Assembly (NCBI GenBank): GCA_002189035.1
Contig: NEEC01000224.1
Coordinates: 1 to 33,523 of the forward strand
Direction: 5' to 3'
Source: Utricularia gibba
Taxonomy: Eukaryota > Plantae > Magnoliophyta
DNA length: 33,523 bases
A model generated the notes under the pieces. The model saw nothing but the letters and a program-made list of their open reading frames with translations, was not told the DNA's origin and ran no database searches. Numbering within the stretch: the first letter of the stretch is position 1; each line of letters starts with the position of its first letter. Shown piece after piece: positions 1-10,000 of the stretch. The translations under genes and the position numbers were made by a program.

Positions 1-35
1 CCTCCGAGGGCGCCTTCTCAAATATATAGCAGAGT

Positions 36-347
36 GTTGAGAAAACCCATTGGGGTTCTCATGACATCCTAACTACATCAAATGCGTTACGATTTTCGTC
101 GAGTGCGACCCGATTGGGCTTAGTAGCCAGACCGAATCTCGGGCCGGACAAAGCTCCCAACGACAGCACCCGACTTTAAATGGCAAGCTATTGCTTGAAA
201 ACCATGTGGGCAGCCGCCGACAACCCAACGTTAATAAATGCATCACTTCTTTTGCCGGGCTACAGCTGACTTTGGGCTCAAGCCCGACCCGAATCCGGCC
301 CGATCTCGGTGACCCACAAAAGCGCCTTGTCAAGTGTAAAGCATGCT
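36..347. repeat. Monomer A (312 bp; halves A1 36-193, A2 194-347)
   Basis: Diagnostic motifs ctacatcaaatgcgttacg, ccatgtgggcagccgccgacaaccc and tacagctgac (the only PvuII site I see in the HOR). Confidence 0.93.
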
Positions 348-661
348 GTTGAAAAAACCATTTGGGGTGGTCATGAGATCCTAACTTCAATAAAGGCATC
401 ACGATTTTCGTCGAATGGGATCGGATTGTGCTGTGAAGTCAGACCGATCCTTGGGTCCGGACGAAGTTCCCAACAACAGCACCCGCAAAAAACGACAACT
501 TTTCCTCGAAAAAAGCATGTAGGCAGCCGCCGAAAACCCAACGTTAATAAATGCATCACTTTTTTGGCCGGGCTACAAATGACTATGGGCCAGAGCGCGA
601 CTCGACCATTTGCTCGATACTAGTGCCAGCCTAGAGCGCCTCCTCAAATATAAATCAGGTT
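348..661. repeat. Monomer B (314 bp; most divergent; halves B1 348-504, B2 505-661)
   Basis: Diagnostic motifs ggggtggtcatgagatcc, gaatgggatcggattgtgctgtgaag and gatactagtgccagcc (the only SpeI site I see in the HOR). Confidence 0.93.
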
Positions 662-972
662 GTTGAGAAAACCATTTGGGGTGCTCATGACATCCTAACT
701 TCAAAAAATGCATCACGATTTTCATCGAGTAGCACCCGATTGGGCTCAGGAGCCAGACCGAACCTTGGGCCCTTACAAAGCTGCCAACGACAGCACCCGC
801 CTTAAAATGGCAAGCTATTGCTTGAAAAACCATTCAGGCAGCCGCCGAAAACCCAACGTTGATAAATGCATCACTTATTTTTCCGGGCTACAACTGATGG
901 GCCATAGCCCGACCCGACCTCTGGCCCAATCCCGAAACCCCCAAGAGCGCCTTCTGAAATATAAAGTAGAGT
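662..972. repeat. Monomer C (311 bp; halves C1 662-820, C2 821-972)
   Basis: Diagnostic motifs ggggtgctcatgac, ttcatcgagtagcaccc, ccattcaggc and tgggccatagccc. Confidence 0.93.
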
Positions 973-1282
973 GTTGAGAAAACCCGTTGGGGTTCTCATG
1001 ACATCCTAACTAAAGCAAATGCATTACGATTTCGTCGAGTACGACCCGATTGGGCTTAGTAGCCAGACCGAATCTCGGGCCCTGACAAAGCTCCCAACTA
1101 CAGCACCCACCTTAAAACGGCAAGCTGTTGCTTGAAAAACCATTTAGGCAGCCGCCGAAAACCCATCGTTGATAAATGCATCACTTATTTTCCGGGCTAC
1201 AACTGACTATTGGCCTGAGCCCGACCCGACCTCTGGCCCAATCCCGAAACCCTCCGAGGCGCCTTCTCAAATATAGCAGAGT
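973..1282. repeat. Monomer D (~310-312 bp; halves D1 973-1130, D2 1131-1282)
   Basis: Diagnostic motifs ctaaagcaaatgcattacg, ctacagcacccaccttaaaacggc, ccatttaggc and attggcctgagccc. Confidence 0.93.
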
Positions 1283-3778
1283 GTTGAGAAAACCCATTGG
1301 GGTTCTCATGACATCCTAACTACATCAAATGCGTTACGATTTTCGTCGAGTGCGACCCGATTGGGCTTAGTAGCCAGACCGAATCTCGGGCCGGACAAAG
1401 CTCCCAACGACAGCACCCGACTTTAAATGGCAAGCTATTGCTTGAAAACCATGTGGGCAGCCGCCGACAACCCAACGTTAATAAATGCATCACTTCTTTT
1501 GCCGGGCTACAGCTGACTTTGGGCTCAAGCCCGACCCGAATCCGGCCCGATCTCGGTGACCCACAAAAGCGCCTTGTCAAGTGTAAAGCATGCTGTTGAA
1601 AAAACCATTTGGGGTGGTCATGAGATCCTAACTTCAATAAAGGTGTCACGATTTTCGTCGAATGGGATCGGATTGTGCTGTGAAGTCAGACCGAACCTTG
1701 GGTCCGGACGAAGTTCCCAACAACAGCACCCGCAAAAAAACGACAACTTTTCCTCGAAAAAAGCATGTAGGCAGCCGCCGAAAACCCAACGTTAATAAAT
1801 GCATCACTTTTTTGGCCGGGCTACAAATGACTATGGGCCAGAGCGCGACTCGACCATTTGCTCGATACTAGTGCCAGCCTAGAGCGCCTCCTCAAATATA
1901 AATCAGGTTGTTGAGAAAACCATTTGGGGTGCTCATGACATCCTAACTTCAAAAAATGCATCACGATTTTCATCGAGTAGCACCCGATTGGGCTCAGGAG
2001 CCAGACCGAACCTTGGGCCCTTACAAAGCTGCCAACGACAGCACCCGCCTTAAAATGGCAAGCTATTGCTTGAAAAACCATTCAGGCAGCCGCGAAAACC
2101 CAACGTTGATAAATGCATCACTTATTTTCCGGGCTACAACTGACTATGGGCCATAGCCCGACCCGACCTCTGGCCCAATCCCGAAACCCCCCAAGAGCGC
2201 CTTCTGAAATATAAAGTAGAGTGTTGAGAAAACCCATTGGGGTTCTCATGACATCCTAACTAAAGCAAATGCATTACGATTTCGTCGAGTACGACCCGAT
2301 TGGGCTTAGTAGCCAGACCGAATCTCGGGCCCTGACAAAGCTCCCAACTACAGCACCCACCTTAAAACGGCAAGCTGTTGCTTGAAAAACCATTTAGGCA
2401 GCCGCCGAAAACCCATCGTTGATAAATGCATCACTTATTTTCCGGGCTACAACTGACTATTGGCCTGAGCCCGACCCGACCTCTGGCCCAATCCCGAAAC
2501 CCTCCGAGGGCGCCTTCTCAAATATATAGCAGAGTGTTGAGAAAACCCATTGGGGTTCTCATGACATCCTAACTACATCAAATGCGTTACGATTTTCGTC
2601 GAGTGCGACCCGATTGGGCTTAGTAGCCAGACCGAATCTCGGGCCGGACAAAGCTCCCAACGACAGCACCCGCCTTTAAATGGCAAGCTGTTGCTTGAAA
2701 AACCATGTGGGCAGCCGCCGACAACCCAACGTTAATAAATGCATCACTTCTTTTGCCGGGCTACAGCTGACTTGGGCTCAAGCCCGACCCGAATCCGGCC
2801 CGATCTCGGTGACCCACAAAAGCGCCTTGTCAAGTGTAAAGCATGCTGTTGAAAAAACCATTTGGGGTGGTCATGAGATCCTAACTTCAATAAAGGTGTC
2901 ACGATTTTCGTCGAATGGGATCGGATTGTGCTGTGAAGTCAGACCGATCCTTGGGTCCGGACGAAGTTCCCAACAACAGCACCCGCAAAAAAACGACAAC
3001 TTTTCCTCGAAAAAAGCATGTAGGCAGCCGCCGAAAACCCAACGTTAATAAATGCATCACTTTTTTGGCCGGGCTACAAATGACTATGGGCCAGAGCGCG
3101 ACTCGACCATTTGCTCGATACTAGTGCCAGCCTAGAGCGCCTCCTCAAATATAAATCAGGTTGTTGAGAAAACCATTTGGGGTGCTCATGACATCCTAAC
3201 TTCAAAAAATGCATCACGATTTTCATCGAGTAGCACCCGATTGGGCTCAGGAGCCAGACCGAACCTTGGGCCCTTACAAAGCTGCCAACGACAGCACCCG
3301 CCTTAAAATGGCAAGCTATTGCTTGAAAAACCATTCAGGCAGCCGCCGAAAACCCAACGTTGATAAATGCATCACTTATTTTCCGGGCTACAACTGACTA
3401 TGGGCCATAGCCCGACCCGACCTCTGGCCCAATCCCGAAACCCCCAAGAGCGCCTTCTGAAATATAAAGTAGAGTGTTGAGAAAACCCGTTGGGGTTCTC
3501 ATGACATCCTAACTAAAGCAAATGCATTACGATTTCGTCGAGTACGACCCGATTGGGCTTAGTAGCCAGACCGAATCTCGGACAAAGCTCCCAACTACAG
3601 CACCCACCTTAAAACGGCAAGCTGTTGCTTGAAAAACCATTTAGGCAGCCGCCGAAAACCCATCGTTGATAAATGCATCACTTATTTTCGGGCTACAACT
3701 GACTATTGGCCTGAGCCCGACCCGACCTCTGGCCCAATCCCGAAACCCCGAGGCGCCTTCTCAAATATATAGCAGAGT

Positions 3779-4048
3779 GTTGAGAAAACCCATTGGGGTT
3801 CTCATGACATCCTAACTAATCAAATGCGTTACGATTTCGTCGAGTGCGACCCGATTGGGCTTAGTAGCCAGACCGAATCTCGGGCCGACAAAGCTCCCAA
3901 CTACAGCACCCACCTTAAAACGGCAAGCTGTTGCTTGAAAAACCATTTAGGCAGCCGCCGAAAACCCATCGTTATAAATGCATCACTTATTTTCCGGGCT
4001 ACAACTGACTATTGGCCTGAGCCCGACCCGAATCCCGAAACCAAAGCT
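3779..4048. repeat. Extra chimeric monomer (A-type start, D-type remainder, truncated end), making a 5-monomer variant unit
   Basis: It begins with A alleles (gcgttacg, gagtgcgacc) and switches to D alleles (ctacagcacccaccttaaaacggc, atttaggc, attggcctgag). ORF spacing across it is 1494 instead of ~1250. Confidence 0.88.
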
Positions 4049-7000
4049 GTTGAGAAAACCCATTGGGGTTCTCATGACATCCTAACTACATCAAATGCGT
4101 TACGATAGTGCGACCCGATTGGGCTTAGTAGCCAGACCGAAACAAAGCTCCCAACGACAGCACCCGCCTTTAAATGGCAAGCTGTTGCTTGAAAAACCAT
4201 GTGGGCAGCCGCCGACAACCCAACGTTAATAAATGCATCACTTCTTTTGCCGGGCTACAGCTGACTATGGGCTCAAGCCCGACCCGAATCCGGCCCGATC
4301 TCGGTGACCCACAAAAGCGCCTTGTCAAGTGTAAAGCATGCTGTTGAAAAAACCATTTGGGGTGGTCATGAGATCCTAACTTCAATAAAGGTGTCACGAT
4401 TTTCGTCGAATGGGATCGGATTGTGCTGTGAAGTCAGACCGACCTTGGGTCCGGACGAAGTTCCCAACAACAGCACCCGCAAAAAAACGACAACTTTTCC
4501 TCGAAAAAAGCATGTAGGCAGCCGCCGAAAACCCAACGTTAATAAATGCATCACTTTTTTGGCCGGGCTACAAATGACTATGGGCCAGAGCGCGACTCGA
4601 CCATTTGCTCGATACTAGTGCCAGCCTAGAGCGCCTCCTCAAATATAAATCAGGTTGTTGAGAAAACCATTTGGGGTGCTCATGACATCCTAACTTCAAA
4701 AAATGCATCACGATTTTCATCGAGTAGCACCCGATTGGGCTCAGGAGCCAGACCGAACCTTGGGCCCTTACAAAGCTGCCAACGACAGCACCCGCCTTAA
4801 AATGGCAAGCTATTGCTTGAAAAACCATTCAGGCAGCCGCCGAAAACCCAACGTTGATAAATGCATCACTTATTTTCCGGGCTACAACTGACTATGGGCC
4901 ATAGCCCGACCCGACCTCTGGCCCAATCCCGAAACCCCCAAGAGCGCCTTCTGAAATATAAAGTAGAGTGTTGAGAAAACCCGTGGGGTTCTCATGACAT
5001 CCTAACTAAAGCAAATGCATTACGATTTCGTCGAGTACGACCCGATTGGGCTTAGTAGCCAGACCGAATCTCGGGCCCTGACAAAGCTCCCAACTACAGC
5101 ACCCACCTTAAAACGGCAAGCTGTTGCTTGAAAAACCATTTAGGCAGCCGCCGAAAACCCATCGTTGATAAATGCATCACTTTTTTCCGGGCTACAACTG
5201 ACTATTGGCCTGAGCCCGACCCGACCTCTGGCCCAATCCCGAAACCCTCCGAGGGCGCCTTCTCAAATATATAGCAGAGTGTTGAGAAAACCCATTGGGG
5301 TTCTCATGACATCCTAACTACATCAAATGCGTTACGATTTTCGTCGAGTGCGACCCGATTGGGCTTAGTAGCCAGACCGAATCTCGGGCCGGACAAAGCT
5401 CCCAACGACAGCACCCGCTTTAAATGGCAAGCTATTGCTTGAAAACCATGTGGGCAGCCGCCGACAACCCAACGTTAATAAATGCATCACTTCTTTTGCC
5501 GGGCTACAGCTGACTTTGGGCTCAAGCCCGACCCGAATCCGGCCCGATCTCGGTGACCCACAAAAGCGCCTTGTCAAGTGTAAAGCATGCTGTTGAAAAA
5601 ACCATTTGGGGTGGTCATGAGATCCTAACTTCAATAAAGGTGTCACGATTTTCGTCGAATGGGATCGGATTGTGCTGTGAAGTCAGACCGATCCTTGGGT
5701 CCGGACGAAGTTCCCAACAAACACCCGCAAAAAAACGACAACTTTTCCTCGAAAAAAGCATGTAGGCAGCCGCCGAAAACCCAACGTTAATAAATGCATC
5801 ACTTTTTTGGCCGGGCTACAAATGACTATGGGCCAGAGCGCGACTCGACCATTTGCTCGATACTAGTGCCAGCCTAGAGCGCCTCCTCAAATATAAATCA
5901 GGTTGTTGAGAAAACCATTTGGGGTGCTCATGACATCCTAACTTCAAAAAATGCATCACGATTTTCATCGAGTAGCACCCGATTGGGCTCAGGAGCCAGA
6001 CCGAACCTTGGGCCCTTACAAAGCTGCCAACGACAGCACCCGCCTTAAAATGGCAAGCTATTGCTTGAAAAACCATTCAGGCAGCCGCCGAAAACCCAAC
6101 GTTGATAATGCATCACTTATTTTCCGGGCTACAACTGACTATGGGCCATAGCCCGACCCGACCTCTGGCCCAATCCCGAAACCCCCCAAGAGCGCCTTCT
6201 GAAATATAAAGTAGAGTGTTGAGAAAACCCGTTGGGGTTCTCATGACATCCTAACTAAAGCAAATGCATTACGATTTCGTCGAGTACGACCCGATTGGGC
6301 TTAGTAGCCAGACCGAATCTCGGGCCCTGACAAAGCTCCCAACTACAGCACCCACCTTAAAACGGCAAGCTGTTGCTTGAAAAACCATTTAGGCAGCCGC
6401 CGAAAACCCATCGTTGATAAATGCATCACTTATTTTCCGGGCTACAACTGACTATTGGCCTGAGCCCGACCCGACCTCTGGCCCAATCCCGAAACCCTCC
6501 GAGGGCGCCTTCTCAAATATATAGCAGAGTGTTGAGAAAACCCATTGGGGTTCTCATGACATCCTAACTACATCAAATGCGTTACGATTTTCGTCGAGTG
6601 CGACCCGATTGGGCTTAGTAGCCAGACCGAATCTCGGGCCGGACAAAGCTCCCAACGACAGCACCCGCCTTTAAATGGCAAGCTGTTGCTTGAAAAACCA
6701 TGTGGGCAGCCGCCGACAACCCAACGTTAATAAATGCATCACTTCTTTTGCCGGGCTACAGCTGACTTGGGCTCAAGCCCGACCCGAATCCGGCCCGATC
6801 TCGGTGACCCACAAAAGCGCCTTGTCAAGTGTAAAGCATGCTGTTGAAAAAACCATTTGGGGTGGTCATGAGATCCTAACTTCAATAAAGGTGTCACGAT
6901 TTTCGTCGAATGGGATCGGATTGTGCTGTGAAGTCAGACCGACCTTGGGTCCGGACGAAGTTCCCAACAACAGCACCCGCAAAAAAACGACAACTTTTCC

Positions 7001-10000
7001 TCGAAAAAAGCATGTAGGCAGCCGCCGAAAACCCAACGTTAATAAATGCATCACTTTTTTGGCCGGGCTACAAATGACTATGGGCCAGAGCGCGACTCGA
7101 CCATTTGCTCGATACTAGTGCCAGCCTAGAGCGCCTCCTCAAATATAAATCAGGTTGTTGAGAAAACCATTTGGGGTGCTCATGACATCCTAACTTCAAA
7201 AAATGCATCACGATTTTCATCGAGTAGCACCCGATTGGGCTCAGGAGCCAGACCGAACCTTGGGCCCTTACAAAGCTGCCAACGACAGCACCCGCCTTAA
7301 AATGGCAAGCTATTGCTTGAAAAACCATTCAGGCAGCCGCCGAAAACCCAACGTTGATAAATGCATCACTTATTTTCCGGGCTACAACTGACTATGGGCC
7401 ATAGCCCGACCCGACCTCTGGCCCAATCCCGAAACCCCCAAGAGCGCCTTCTGAAATATAAAGTAGTGTTGAGAAAACCCGTTGGGGTTCTCATGACATC
7501 CTAACTAAAGCAAATGCATTACGATTTCGTCGAGTACGACCCGATTGGGCTTAGTAGCCAGACCGAATCTCGGGCCCTGACAAAGCTCCCAACTACAGCA
7601 CCCACCTTAAAACGGCAAGCTGTTGCTTGAAAAACCATTTAGGCAGCCGCCGAAAACCCATCGTTGATAAATGCATCACTTATTTTCCGGGCTACAACTG
7701 ACTATTGGCCTGAGCCCGACCCGACCTCTGGCCCAATCCCGAAACCCTCCGAGGGCGCCTTCTCAAATATATAGCAGAGTGTTGAGAAAACCCATTGGGG
7801 TTCTCATGACATCCTAACTACATCAAATGCGTTACGATTTTCGTCGAGTGCGACCCGATTGGGCTTAGTAGCCAGACCGAATCTCGGGCCGGACAAAGCT
7901 CCCAACGACAGCACCCGCTTTAAATGGCAAGCTATTGCTTGACAAACCATGTGGGCAGCCGCCGACAACCCAACGTTAATAAATGCATCACTTCTTTTGC
8001 CGGGCTACAGCTGACTTGGGCTCAAGCCCGACCCGAATCCGGCCCGATCTCGGTGACCCACAAAAGCGCCTTGTCAAGTGTAAAGCATGCTGTTGAAAAA
8101 ACCATTTGGGGTGGTCATGAGATCCTAACTTCAATAAAGGTGTCACGATTTTCGTCGAATGGGATCGGATTGTGCTGTGAAGTCAGACCGATCCTTGGGT
8201 CCGGACGAAGTTCCCAACAACAGCACCCGCAAAAAAACGACAACTTTTCCTCGAAAAAAGCATGTAGGCAGCCGCCGAAAACCCAACGTTAATAAATGCA
8301 TCACTTTTTTGGCCGGGCTACAAATGACTATGGGCCAGAGCGCGACTCGACCATTTGCTCGATACTAGTGCCAGCCTAGAGCGCCTCCTCAAATATAAAT
8401 CAGGTTGTTGAGAAAACCATTTGGGGTGCTCATGACATCCTAACTTCAAAAAATGCATCACGATTTTCATCGAGTAGCACCCGATTGGGCTCAGGAGCCA
8501 GACCGAACCTTGGGCCCTTACAAAGCTGCCAACGACAGCACCCGCCTTAAAATGGCAAGCTATTGCTTGAAAAACCATTCAGGCAGCCGCCGAAAACCCA
8601 ACGTTGATAAATGCATCACTTATTTTCCGGGCTACAACTGACTATGGGCCATAGCCCGACCCGACCTCTGGCCCAATCCCGAAACCCCCCAAGAGCGCCT
8701 TCTGAAATATAAAGTAGAGTGTTGAGAAAACCCGTTGGGGTTCTCATGACATCCTAACTAAAGCAAATGCATTACGATTTCGTCGAGTACGACCCGATTG
8801 GGCTTAGTAGCCAGACCGAATCTCGGGCCCTGACAAAGCTCCCAACTACAGCACCCACCTTAAAACGGCAAGCTGTTGCTTGAAAAACCATTTAGGCAGC
8901 CGCCGAAAACCCATCGTTGATAAATGCATCACTTATTTTCCGGGCTACAACTGACTATTGGCCTGAGCCCGACCCGACCTCTGGCCCAATCCCGAAACCC
9001 TCCGAGGGCGCCTTCTCAAATATATAGCAGAGTGTTGAGAAAACCCATTGGGGTTCTCATGACATCCTAACTACATCAAATGCGTTACGATTTTCGTCGA
9101 GTGCGACCCGATTGGGCTTAGTAGCCAGACCGAATCTCGGGCCGGACAAAGCTCCCAACGACAGCACCCGACTTTAAATGGCAAGCTATTGCTTGAAAAC
9201 CATGTGGGCAGCCGCCGACAACCCAACGTTAATAAATGCATCACTTCTTTTGCCGGGCTACAGCTGACTTGGGCTCAAGCCCGACCCGAATCCGGCCCGA
9301 TCTCGGTGACCCACAAAAGCGCCTTGTCAAGTGTAAAGCATGCTGTTGAAAAAACCATTTGGGGTGGTCATGAGATCCTAACTTCAATAAAGGCATCACG
9401 ATTTTCGTCGAATGGGATCGGATTGTGCTGTGAAGTCAGACCGACCTTGGGTCCGGACGAAGTTCCCAACAACAGCACCCGCAAAAAAACGACAACTTTT
9501 CCTCGAAAAAAGCATGTAGGCAGCCGCCGAAAACCCAACGTTAATAAATGCATCACTTTTTTGGCCGGGCTACAAATGACTATGGGCCAGAGCGCGACTC
9601 GACCATTTGCTCGATACTAGTGCCAGCCTAGAGCGCCTCCTCAAATATAAATCAGGTTGTTGAGAAAACCATTTGGGGTGCTCATGACATCCTAACTTCA
9701 AAAAATGCATCACGATTTTCATCGAGTAGCACCCGATTGGGCTCAGGAGCCAGACCGAACCTTGGGCCCTTACAAAGCTGCCAACGACAGCACCCGCCTT
9801 AAAATGGCAAGCTATTGCTTGAAAAACCATTCAGGCAGCCGCCGAAAACCCAACGTTGATAAATGCATCACTTATTTTCCGGGCTACAACTGACTATGGG
9901 CCATAGCCCGACCCGACCTCTGGCCCAATCCCGAAACCCCCAAGAGCGCCTTCTGAAATATAAAGTAGAGTGTTGAGAAAACCCGTTGGGGTTCTCATGA

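Larger units (their letters stand above)
36..1282. repeat. Representative HOR unit (4 x ~312-bp monomers = 8 x ~156-bp subunits)
   Basis: The anchor gttga(g/a)aaaacc...tcatga(c/g)atcctaact occurs at 36, 348, 662 and 973. The next unit starts at 1283. Confidence 0.97.

Noticed and set aside
40-125. Possible ~65-bp sub-period (cccattggg vs cccgattggg) and phased A-tracts
   Set aside because: The similarity is limited to ~10 bp, and A-tract spacing is not convincingly ~10.5 bp by eye. It cannot be supported without spectral analysis.
573-833. 86-aa minus-strand ORF (MVFQAIACH...) and the other ORFs recurring in nearly every unit
   Set aside because: They recur only because the DNA is repeated. 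They overlap in several frames, are broken by single-base indels between copies, and show no recognisable domain.
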